A stretch of 53,120 nucleotides of DNA from Candidatus Kapaibacterium sp. (lineage in GTDB: Bacteria; Bacteroidota; Ignavibacteria; Palsa-1295): NCBI GenBank assembly GCA_038240295.1, contig JBBSDW010000003.1, forward strand, positions 1-53,120, given 5' to 3'. The position numbers were made by a program, and so were the translations under genes. Of the stretch, positions 1-8,715 are shown one piece after another. How positions within the stretch are numbered: the first letter of the stretch is position 1; each line of letters begins with the position of its first letter. A model generated the notes under the pieces. It had not been told where the DNA came from. It ran no database searches and was given only the letters and a program-made list of their open reading frames with translations.

Positions 1-253
1 CATCGACGCTGCGATCATGTCGGCTCTCGGTGCCGATCTTTACTGACTCAAGCATCGGCGAACCAGGCCCTGTGACTCTCGATGGATCGGACACGAATGA
101 AGATTATTAGGACAACACACCTACTTCTATTTGAGAGGTAATTTCCCTGCCTCCAAGTTCCTCGCCACTTTCATTTCAGAACCCTTTGAAAGAACGGTGC
201 TGTTGCACTCATTGCGAATTTCTTTTGACCGTTCTTACTTCTCTTTTTGCCCC

Positions 254-1048
254 ATGCGAATTTTCGCTGCGCTCTTTGCCGGATTTCTCTTTGTTTCCAT
301 GCTCTCGATGGGTTGTACGAAATCGACGCCGACGAGTGTCGATACCGTTCGTGTGACCGATACCCTCAACCGTCATGACACACTCACACACCGTGATACG
401 GTCAGGACCGGGCCTGCATTCGTTCGGTTTCTCGCATTTCTGAACTCGTCGCAAACCGTTACCTTGCAACGCTCGGATGGTGCTTCGTTCATCCCATTTG
501 CCAGCGCACCTTCGCAATCGACACGTCAGTATCTTCCTATTCGTGGCGATACGGCGCTCAATCTTACCGGTTCGTTCTTCGATACGACTGCACTCATTAG
601 TGGGCAACCGATCCTTATCCCCGCATTCGGTGCAGGTACGCTCGTAACCGTTGCATTGTTTGAGGTGCCTGGGCCTTCGCTTGCCGAGGTGTTTAAGTCG
701 GATCCGATCGATCCTCCGCCTCCAGGCTTTGGATATCTTCGCATTATCAATGCCTGCGCTGATTTTCCGACACCTCACGATGTGATCGAAGCATGGCTCG
801 ATAATCTCTCCAGCCAACCGCTTCTTGCCGACGCATCGACACACGCTGCGAAATATTTGACCTATCGTGATGTCTCGGACTACGTCCTTGTGCCCGTCGG
901 CGCGCACACGCTTCTTATCAAAGGCGATGCAGGCTCGACGGCCGATTACAGCGTTCCGCTCAATGTTTCCGACGGTGGATATTACACGGCGCGGTTCATT
1001 GGACTTCGGACGATGGGCACCGACAAAGTCATCGTGGATGTAGAGTGA
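254..1048 (+). CDS. DUF4397-like lipoprotein
   Basis: ATG 254 is in frame with ORF 131..1048. It gives a lipoprotein signal ending MLSMG-C and two repeats resembling DUF4397 (VRFLAFLNSS; LRIINACADFP..DVIEAWLD). Confidence 0.65.
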   Translation: MRIFAALFAGFLFVSMLSMGCTKSTPTSVDTVRVTDTLNRHDTLTHRDTVRTGPAFVRFLAFLNSSQTVTLQRSDGASFIPFASAPSQSTRQYLPIRGDTALNLTGSFFDTTALISGQPILIPAFGAGTLVTVALFEVPGPSLAEVFKSDPIDPPPPGFGYLRIINACADFPTPHDVIEAWLDNLSSQPLLADASTHAAKYLTYRDVSDYVLVPVGAHTLLIKGDAGSTADYSVPLNVSDGGYYTARFIGLRTMGTDKVIVDVE

Positions 1049-1126
1049 TCCTTCACTGGGATCTTCATTCGAACACCTAGGAGCCCGCCGCACATTCGCT
1101 ATTCACGCCTGATCGCCTTTCGTTAT

Positions 1127-2362
1127 TTGACCGCTCGCCGCGCTGGCGAAGCGGTCGAAGGAACGCCTGTGCGAAGCGAACGCAGATTCGTATCGCTCAT
1201 CGCACTCATCGCAACCGGTGGCGTTGCGATCGGTACTGCGGCGCTCATCATCACGCTTTCGATCCTTTCAGGATTCGAAAACACGCTCACAAATAATCTC
1301 GTCGGCTTTACCTCACACGCACTGATCGGAAGTTACGGCAATCGCGCATTGCCAGATTATCCCGGCACAAGCAAAGCCATTCTAAAGCGCATACCCGAGA
1401 TCACGAAGCTTACGCCTTACGTCGAACAGCAGGCCGTCCTTCGCTCACCGCGAGGCGTTTCAGGACTGAGCATCAAGGGCCTTCCCCTCTCCGATACAGG
1501 TCTCATTGCTCGGAAGCGTATCGTGCAAGGCAACGATCTCACATTAGTTATCCCTGGCGATTCGCTCGATCCTATTTTGATCAGCAAAGTCACCGCAGAA
1601 GAACTGCATACCGGAGTCGGCAAAGCACTTGTCGCGATCCGCTTTAATGAGAAACTTCGAACGCGCGAGGATATCCTTTCGAATTTCAAACGCTTTCGCG
1701 TCGTCGGAATTTTCGAAACTGGCATGGCAGAGTACGATGCGACCCTTGCCTATACGACGCTCGAAGCAGCACAGCGCTTCAGCAATTACAGCCCGACCCA
1801 GGTCAATGGCTACGAAGTCATGACGCATTCGATCGCGCTTGCCGACACGGTGACAAGAAAGATCAATCGTGTGATCCACTACCCCTATTTTGCGCAAAGC
1901 GTCTTTAGCGTGAATCAAGCGATCTTTGCCTGGATCGACTTGCAGAAAAAACCGATCCCGATCATTCTCGGCCTCATTATCATTGTTGCTACGTTCAATG
2001 TGATCTCGACGCTGCTGTTGATCGTCGTCGAAAAAACGCATTCGATCGGAGTGCTGCGTTCGCTTGGCAGCACGAGCCAAGGCATTCGCACGATCTTCCT
2101 GACCGAAGGAATACTCATCGGATTCATGGGTGTGATCTTTGGTGATTTATTCGCGTTTGCAGTTTGCAGTCTAGAAGCGCACTACCACTTTTTCAAGTTG
2201 AAGAGCGATATTTATTTCATGTCGAGCGTCCCGATCTCGATCGAGTGGCAGCACTATGCTCTGGTCAGTTTGATCGCCTTTGTGCTCGCACTTTCTGCGA
2301 CGTTCATTCCCGCGCAGATCGCAGCGAAGATGCGACCACTCAATGCGCTCCGATTCCGTTGA
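1127..2362 (+). CDS. LolC/E-family (FtsX-like) lipoprotein-releasing ABC transporter permease
   Basis: GGVAIGTAALIITLSILSGFE, GIFETGMAEYD, IGVLRSLG, C-terminal PAQIAAKMRPLNALR. The true start is probably upstream, because the conserved IAFRYL lies at 1112-1129. Confidence 0.9.
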   Translation: MTARRAGEAVEGTPVRSERRFVSLIALIATGGVAIGTAALIITLSILSGFENTLTNNLVGFTSHALIGSYGNRALPDYPGTSKAILKRIPEITKLTPYVEQQAVLRSPRGVSGLSIKGLPLSDTGLIARKRIVQGNDLTLVIPGDSLDPILISKVTAEELHTGVGKALVAIRFNEKLRTREDILSNFKRFRVVGIFETGMAEYDATLAYTTLEAAQRFSNYSPTQVNGYEVMTHSIALADTVTRKINRVIHYPYFAQSVFSVNQAIFAWIDLQKKPIPIILGLIIIVATFNVISTLLLIVVEKTHSIGVLRSLGSTSQGIRTIFLTEGILIGFMGVIFGDLFAFAVCSLEAHYHFFKLKSDIYFMSSVPISIEWQHYALVSLIAFVLALSATFIPAQIAAKMRPLNALRFR

Positions 2363-2760
2363 GCGCCATCCCGGTTGTTGTCGGACTCTTGCTACGTGCA
2401 GATCGGGTGTTAATGTGTCAGCGTCCTGCTTCTAAAATATATCCGTTGCATTGGGAATTCCCAGGCGGCAAAGTAGAAGCCGGCGAGAGCCTTGAAGAGG
2501 CGTTTGCTCGCGAGCTCTTCGAAGAATTACATATCGAGATTATCGAAGCGGAGCAATGGTTCTTCGAGACCGCTTCGTATGACAACGGCTTAACCTACGA
2601 TATTACTTATTTCCTTGTCTGGCAATTTTCGGCTGAGCCGGTGAATGTCGAGTTCAATGCGATCGACTGGTTCAGCGTCGACTCGCTCAAATCACTTCAG
2701 CATCTGACCGGCAACGAACGAATACTCGCACGGCTCTATCGCGAAGGATTTCCGAGATGA
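2359..2760 (+). CDS. mutT: NUDIX hydrolase, MutT-like 8-oxo-dGTP diphosphatase
   Basis: WEFPGGKVEAGESLEEAFARELFEEL Nudix box. TTG 2359 overlaps the upstream TGA. The substrate is inferred from sequence type and context. Confidence 0.7.
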   Translation: MSAIPVVVGLLLRADRVLMCQRPASKIYPLHWEFPGGKVEAGESLEEAFARELFEELHIEIIEAEQWFFETASYDNGLTYDITYFLVWQFSAEPVNVEFNAIDWFSVDSLKSLQHLTGNERILARLYREGFPR

Positions 2761-3680
2761 TGAATCTGAGCGTGCCGGCCGCAGAGCGTTTCAAGATCAT
2801 CTCGCGCAAACTACTTCGATGGTACAAAATAAATCAGCGTAGCTTCATTTGGCGCGACCTTCGAACGACGCCCTATGTCGTGATGGTCAGCGAATTCATG
2901 CTGCAACAAACGCAGGCCGCGATGATTGAAAAGAAGCTGCCAGAATTTTTGAAGCGTTACCCAACCGTTCGCTCGCTTGCGCTTGCGCCGACTTCGGATG
3001 TGATCCGGGCATGGCAGGGTCTCGGTTATAATCGTCGCGCACTAAACTTGCAGCGAGCAGCGATCGCCCTGAACGCTCGCGGAAGGAAGCCATTTCTCGA
3101 TACGCTCGAGGATCTCCTTGCGCTCCCCGGTGTTGGCCCGTACACCGCTTCGGCGATCCTCTCTTTCAGCTTTAACTATGATGTCCCTGTCGTAGATGTA
3201 AATATCGAACGTGTGCTCTCGCGGTTGTGGAAGCCGATGAAGGATACGCATCACACCTTGCCCATCCCGCTCATCACTCAACTCGACGCACAAATTTTGC
3301 CCAAAGGTAAATCCGGCGTTTGGCATCAAGCGCTCATGGATCATGGCGCGACGATCTGCACGAAACGGAATCCCAGGTGTGAAGTTTGTCCCGTCAATCA
3401 AGAGTGCAGATCGGCGAAGAACATGATGCGCACTCGCGCGCAAACGAGGCAAGCGCCTGCAAAAGAGATCAGAATATCGGGTGCGCCAAGAAGGGTATGG
3501 CGCGGCAGGATCCTCAAGATCATTGTAGACGCCGAAGGAATAAGTGAACGTGCGCTTCTAAAAAAGCTTGGCGCAGCAGCTGGCGACTCGCTCGACACAC
3601 TCGCGCATTCGATCGTTGATGATTTAGTCAGCGAAGGCTTCATCATTCGCAGCAAGCACGGAACACTTAGACTTATTTAA
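2757..3680 (+). CDS. mutY: A/G-specific adenine glycosylase, short form with C-terminal winged helix
   Basis: VSEFMLQQTQ, WQGLGYNRRA, HhH LPGVGPYTA, VDVNIERVLSR, 4Fe-4S motif C-x6-C-x2-C-x5-C. Confidence 0.9.
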   Translation: MMNLSVPAAERFKIISRKLLRWYKINQRSFIWRDLRTTPYVVMVSEFMLQQTQAAMIEKKLPEFLKRYPTVRSLALAPTSDVIRAWQGLGYNRRALNLQRAAIALNARGRKPFLDTLEDLLALPGVGPYTASAILSFSFNYDVPVVDVNIERVLSRLWKPMKDTHHTLPIPLITQLDAQILPKGKSGVWHQALMDHGATICTKRNPRCEVCPVNQECRSAKNMMRTRAQTRQAPAKEIRISGAPRRVWRGRILKIIVDAEGISERALLKKLGAAAGDSLDTLAHSIVDDLVSEGFIIRSKHGTLRLI

Positions 3681-4309
3681 TGCGACAACTTCCTGAACCC
3701 TGGCTTACGACATACGAGGAACGGCGCGAGGCGATCGCTCAGCGGCTCGGAGAGTTCAGCGACGTCCAGCCCTCCGCCTATTTTTATGAGCTTGCCTATT
3801 GCATCCTGACCCCACAATCAAGCGCGAGAAACGCCGAAGCCACGATTGCCGAACTTAAACGCGACCATTTTTTCGAAGAAGGCTTCGACCCAACCGGGTA
3901 TCTACGCGACCCGAAGCATTATATCCGTTTCCATAACGTAAAAGCGAAACGACTGCTCAATATCCGCGAACATTTCGCGGAGATAAAATCTTTGCTTCTC
4001 GATCGCCCCATGAATCCCGCGCGTCTCAGGGATCTCTTCATGCTTGCCGTCGGGGGAATGGGGATGAAGGAATCGTCACACTTTCTGCGAAATATTGGCG
4101 TCACGTCGCTCGCAATTCTTGATCGTCATATCTACAAGCACCTGACGCGGCTCGGGATCATCTCTGAACCGCCGAAGTCAGGCCCAAACCGCAAACGCTA
4201 CCTCGAGATCGAAGCTGCCTGGCATGCATACGCAATCGAAGTCGGCATCTCGCTCGATGAGCTCGACCTCCTCTTCTGGAGCATGGAAACCGGCGAGATC
4301 CTGAAATAG
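3680..4309 (+). CDS. ogg: 8-oxoguanine DNA glycosylase/AP lyase, Ogg2 (archaeal/Thermotoga type)
   Basis: ELAYCILTPQSSA, IRFHNVKAK, GMGMKESSHFLRNIG, AILDRHI, LDLLFW, terminal Lys; 209 aa. Confidence 0.85.
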   Translation: MRQLPEPWLTTYEERREAIAQRLGEFSDVQPSAYFYELAYCILTPQSSARNAEATIAELKRDHFFEEGFDPTGYLRDPKHYIRFHNVKAKRLLNIREHFAEIKSLLLDRPMNPARLRDLFMLAVGGMGMKESSHFLRNIGVTSLAILDRHIYKHLTRLGIISEPPKSGPNRKRYLEIEAAWHAYAIEVGISLDELDLLFWSMETGEILK

Positions 4310-4373
4310 CGATTCGATAAGCACTCTTGGCTTGCGCCTTTCTTCAATCGATCTTACTTCGTAGGTTTGCATT

Positions 4374-5387
4374 GTGATAAAACGAATTCTGATCGTTCGG
4401 ACGGATCGGCTCGGCGACCTTGTCGCTACGCTGCCAATGGCGACGGCCATAAAAGCACGCGAGCCTCATGCCAAAGTCATTATGATGGTCCGCAGTTATA
4501 CGGCTCCCCTGCTCTCGCTCACGTCCGATATCGATGAAATCGTGCTCTTTGATCCGAATGCCACGCTTCAGCGGAAGATCGAGCTTTTTCGATCAGTGAA
4601 TGCCGACGTAGTCTTTTTTCCGACTCCGAAGCCCGAACTCGCCATGTGGGGCGCCTTTGCCAGGATCGCGCGCCGCGTCGGTACGGCCTACCGCTGGTAC
4701 TCGCCATTTTTTACCGATAAGATCTACGATCATCGAAAAACGGCCGAACATCACGAATCGGAATACAACGTTCGAATGCTTGGCGCGATCGGTGTTCCAG
4801 CAAGTCCGACGCCACTGCCGAAACTTGTGCTACACGCAGGTCAACTGAAGGCCGCCCAAGATCTTTTAAGCACCATTTGTGGCTCTGCCAATCAGCCATT
4901 CGCAGTCCTGCATCTCGGAACTGGCGGATCGTCACAGGAATGGCCCACGACCAGTTTCACGGCGTTAGGTGTCCTCATGGCACAACGCTTGAGCCTTCCT
5001 CTGTTATTGACGGGTACAGAGGGCGAGCGTGAAAGGATATTCAGCGTAAGCGAGCAGCTTCGAGCAGCAGGGGCATCGACATTCGAGTTTATCGGTTACA
5101 ATCTGATCCAACTTTCCGAACTGCTCAGCCGGGCCGCTGTTGTGGTTGCCGGAAGCACCGGGCCAGGCCATCTCGCGGCGGCGCTCGGCGCACCGACGGT
5201 AGGGCTTTTTCCTCTATCTCGAGCGATCTCAAAGGAGCGCTGGGGATTTCGGGGGCCGAAGGTTGTGAACCTCGCGCCGGTTGAAGCTCCCTTCGTAAGT
5301 TGCCCGATGTGCAAGGATTGCACTTGCATCAGGCAGATCGCTGTTGAAGAAGTTTTTGGAGCTGTTCAACAAGTTATGAGTTTTTGA
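4374..5387 (+). CDS. Glycosyltransferase family 9 (heptosyltransferase-like)
   Basis: RILIVRTDRLGDLV, KEWP-like QEWP, STGPGHLAAALGAPTVGLF. Confidence 0.9.
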   Translation: MIKRILIVRTDRLGDLVATLPMATAIKAREPHAKVIMMVRSYTAPLLSLTSDIDEIVLFDPNATLQRKIELFRSVNADVVFFPTPKPELAMWGAFARIARRVGTAYRWYSPFFTDKIYDHRKTAEHHESEYNVRMLGAIGVPASPTPLPKLVLHAGQLKAAQDLLSTICGSANQPFAVLHLGTGGSSQEWPTTSFTALGVLMAQRLSLPLLLTGTEGERERIFSVSEQLRAAGASTFEFIGYNLIQLSELLSRAAVVVAGSTGPGHLAAALGAPTVGLFPLSRAISKERWGFRGPKVVNLAPVEAPFVSCPMCKDCTCIRQIAVEEVFGAVQQVMSF

Positions 5388-5467
5388 CACAAAATGTGTC
5401 TATTGACGTAGCATCCCTATTGAGACTCTTGAGACTTATGCAGTATTGATATCGAAGTGGCTTTTAT

Positions 5468-6325
5468 ATGAAACGCTTATTACTCTCCACCCTCGCTTTT
5501 GGCGCGCTTGCAAGCGTGCTCTATCTGAGTGGCGAATTGCCGTTTGCCGAGGCCGCAAAGATCGATCGCGCGGCGACAACGACCACTATCGATGTTAGCC
5601 CCTCGATCCGGCACATCGATAACAATGCTTTTGGCGTCGGCGAAAAGCTGACGTTCGATATTTCCTACGGCTTCGTACATGCGGGCGAGGCGATCATGCA
5701 GATCCCCAACTACAAATACGTGAACGGCCGCAAAACCTTCGAAACGTTCATCACCGCCGCATCCTATGCGAGCTTCGACTGGATCTTCAAGGTTCGGGAT
5801 CGATATGCGACCTATATGGATGTCGATGGCGTCTTTCCCTGGCGCTTCGAGCAACACGTTCGCGAAGGTACCTACTCGAAGGATTTCGACGCCTACTTTG
5901 ACCCAGAGGCGAAAACCGCCGAGACGAGCGATGGCAAGACCTACAGCGCACCGGCTTACGTCCACGACATCGTTAGCGCGTTCTATTTCGTACGGACCAT
6001 GAATCTCCAGAATTATCACAAGGGCGACAAGATCAACCTTGAAAATTTTTACGAGGACAAGACCCACCCGCTGACCGTAATGGTACTCGGGCATCAGCAG
6101 ATCACCGTCGATGCTGGCACGTTCAACTGCGTAGTCGTCGAGCCGCTCGTTGTCGAAGGCGGACTGTTCAAGAATGAAGGATCGATCAAGGTCTGGCTTA
6201 CCGACGACGCGAACCACGTACCCGTCAAGATGGAGTCGAAGGTCATCGTCGGTTCGATCCAGGCAAAGTTGACCAAATACGAGGGGGTAAAGAGCGCGCT
6301 CACTGCTAAGATCGCGGACGAATAA
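5468..6325 (+). CDS. DUF3108 domain secreted protein
   Basis: Signal peptide; AFGVGEKLTFDISYGFVHAG; FKVRDRY; IKVWLTDDANHVPVKMESKVIVGSI. Confidence 0.8.
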   Translation: MKRLLLSTLAFGALASVLYLSGELPFAEAAKIDRAATTTTIDVSPSIRHIDNNAFGVGEKLTFDISYGFVHAGEAIMQIPNYKYVNGRKTFETFITAASYASFDWIFKVRDRYATYMDVDGVFPWRFEQHVREGTYSKDFDAYFDPEAKTAETSDGKTYSAPAYVHDIVSAFYFVRTMNLQNYHKGDKINLENFYEDKTHPLTVMVLGHQQITVDAGTFNCVVVEPLVVEGGLFKNEGSIKVWLTDDANHVPVKMESKVIVGSIQAKLTKYEGVKSALTAKIADE

Positions 6326-6425
6326 GCTTGCGTTCGTCGACCGATCGCCTGTTCTCTGCGAAAAGTAGCTCGGGAACATTGGGAGCTTCAAATTGTTAAC
6401 CCCCCGCGAACCATAACCTGATTTA

Positions 6426-7265
6426 GTGAGTAAAAAGAAATTACCATCGACCCCGATAGAAGCGACGCCTGCGATCCAGATTCAGTCTGAGACGCACGTC
6501 GGCAAGCACAAGCATCACGTCTATATCGGGCTTGGCTCGATGCTCGCGATCTTAGGCATCATGCTCTCGCTTTTCGTGACCAGCCGCACGAAGAGGATCG
6601 CAGCAGCGCCGAGCACCGTGATCGAAATTCCGCAGCTCCATAAGGACTCTTTTACCTACGTGAGTTTTGCCGCGCGACTCGCGCAGGCGATCCCGCAGGC
6701 AGATATCATGTTGACCCCCGAAGTCTCTATCGCAGCGCACGATGGCATCTCGATCTATTCCGACGGAGCCTTGAATTTTGGACTCCTCAAGCGCGATAAT
6801 GTGCAGATGACCGCCCCCTTAGCCAAATTCGCGCAAACGCTCTCTAACTACTTTAGTGTCAACAAGATGCAGGCGTTGATTACCAGCGGGGTTCGCACGA
6901 GCGCACATCAGTTGGACATTATTAAAGAGCGGATCGCAGAGTACGGACAGCTGGATAATTTTCCTGGCTTGAAGTCGGCTTCGGTCGCCGACACCGCTAA
7001 GTGGTTAAGTGCGTGGCAGTGGCTCAAAGCTCGGCATGTTCCGGTCAATCCACCGGCCGATGTGACGAACGACGAAGGCAACCACGTTGGCGGTTCGCTC
7101 CATCTCAAGGGTCTCGCGATCGACGTGGTTTCGGATGATCTTGATGCGCTCAAGCAGGCGATCGAACTTTACAAAGTCGAACTGGAAAAGTCCCACACAA
7201 AGGGACTTCACATCTCGAGCACGCTTCGCGAGCGCGATTGCGTTCATATATCTTTGGCCAACTAA
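6426..7265 (+). CDS. Membrane-anchored peptidase M15-like (Hedgehog/DD-peptidase fold) protein
   Basis: One N-terminal TM segment; TSGVRT..Q; SLHLKGLAID (SxHxxGxAxD); final Zn ligand candidate in CVHIS. Confidence 0.6.
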   Translation: MSKKKLPSTPIEATPAIQIQSETHVGKHKHHVYIGLGSMLAILGIMLSLFVTSRTKRIAAAPSTVIEIPQLHKDSFTYVSFAARLAQAIPQADIMLTPEVSIAAHDGISIYSDGALNFGLLKRDNVQMTAPLAKFAQTLSNYFSVNKMQALITSGVRTSAHQLDIIKERIAEYGQLDNFPGLKSASVADTAKWLSAWQWLKARHVPVNPPADVTNDEGNHVGGSLHLKGLAIDVVSDDLDALKQAIELYKVELEKSHTKGLHISSTLRERDCVHISLAN

Positions 7266-7277
7266 GCACCATACGCG

Positions 7278-7925
7278 TTGCCTGAGCTTAAATATTTGAC
7301 TCGGAAGCCTGCTCTCAATAAGCAGGCTTCTTCCGTTTTGGTCATGCTCCACGGCTATGGTGCCGACGCTCATGACCTCATGGGCCTCGCGGATGCGCTT
7401 GATCCTAACCTGCTCGTCATTTCCATCCAGGCCCCGAATCGGCTCGATTGGGGCGGTTATGCGTGGCACAATCTCTACCCTGCCGCCATCGGATTTCGTG
7501 AAGATTCCGAGAGCCGGCTCACGAGTGAAAAGATGCTCGCAACAGATATCCAAAAGATCATCGAACTCGAGTGCGGGTCTATCAAAAACGTGACCCTGCT
7601 CGGATTCAGCCAGGGTGCTGCCATGTGTTACGGACTTATTCTCCGGCAACAACTTCATACGACAGGGCTCGGCATTGAACGAGTGATCGCACTCTCCGGC
7701 TACATCCCGGAAGATGCAGAGCGGGTCAGCATTCTCCCACCGCCAATTCCCCGCTTTTTCATCGGTCACGGACGCTTCGACGAATTGGTCAAACCAGAAG
7801 CCGCCGACGAAGCTGAGCTAATCTTAACGAACCTCGGCGCCACCATCGAGAAACATCTTTACCCGATCCCCCACGGCATCTCCGACGAAGAGGTGGTGGA
7901 TGTTGCCGACTGGATGTCGAAGTAA
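7278..7925 (+). CDS. Phospholipase/carboxylesterase (alpha/beta hydrolase)
   Basis: LHGYG, GFSQG nucleophile motif, HGRFD, terminal PHGIS. Confidence 0.9.
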   Translation: MPELKYLTRKPALNKQASSVLVMLHGYGADAHDLMGLADALDPNLLVISIQAPNRLDWGGYAWHNLYPAAIGFREDSESRLTSEKMLATDIQKIIELECGSIKNVTLLGFSQGAAMCYGLILRQQLHTTGLGIERVIALSGYIPEDAERVSILPPPIPRFFIGHGRFDELVKPEAADEAELILTNLGATIEKHLYPIPHGISDEEVVDVADWMSK

Positions 7926-7955
7926 CTGCTGGTAGGGTTCACCAACAACCGAACC

Positions 7956-8579
7956 GTGTGGAGGGAAGCGCTGCCTACCTCTCTTTCTCTTAAGCTCAAA
8001 AGTAACCAAACCGCATCAGAAGGAAGCAGCGCTTCCTTCCACACAAGTAAATTTTTGCTTCAGACTTAGGGGATCCCCATCACCAAAACCATGTGGAGGG
8101 AAGCGCAGCTTACCTCTCTTCCGCTTAAACTCATGAGTTGCCCCACTCCTTCAGACGGAAGCAGCGCGTCCGTCCACACAGTTAAATTTTACTAATAACG
8201 CAGGAATGCCCACAGACCAAACTGTGTGGAGGGAAGCGCTGCTTACCGCTTCCGCTTAGGCTCATGAGTTGCCCCACTCCTTCAGACGGAAGCGGCGCTT
8301 CCGTCCACACAAGTTAAATTTTACTAATAACTCGGGGATGCCCACATACCAATCCGTGTGGAGGGAAGCGCTGCTTACCTCTCTTTCGTTCAAGCTCAAA
8401 AGTTACCAAACTACATCAGAATGAAGCAGCGCTTCCTTCCACACGATAAGCATTTTGCTTCAGACTTAGGGGATGCCCACCAGCCAAACCGTGTGGAGGG
8501 AAGCACTGCTTCCCTCTCTCCCTCTTAAACTCAAAAGTGACCAAACCCGATCAGAAGGAAGCAGCGCTTCCTTTCTCAC
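7956..8579. repeat. Tandem array of 5 inverted REP pairs (REPIN-like), period 132-135 bp
   Basis: Units start at 7956, 8091, 8224, 8356, 8491. Each has GTGTG-GAGGGAAGC-gct-GCTT(A/C)CCTC, a linker, then an inverted copy GA(A/C)GGAAGC-agc-GCTTCC(T/G)TC-CACAC. Confidence 0.9.
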
Positions 8580-8715
8580 AGGTGAATTTTGGCTTGAAGC
8601 AAAGGGGACGCTGCCAGCTTTTACACTCACTATTTGAACGCCGCTGCCAGCTCTCGTGTTATTTCGCCGTCAATTTGCCTGATTAGGGGCAAGCTTAACC
8701 AACCTGAAGGTATTC

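Noticed and set aside
1-46. Possible 3' end of an upstream CDS (IDAAIMSALGADLY*)
   Set aside because: Too short to assign a frame or product.
7956-8579. CRISPR array
   Set aside because: The linkers are conserved (two subtypes) rather than unique spacers, the period is ~134 bp, the repeats alternate in orientation, and no cas genes are present.
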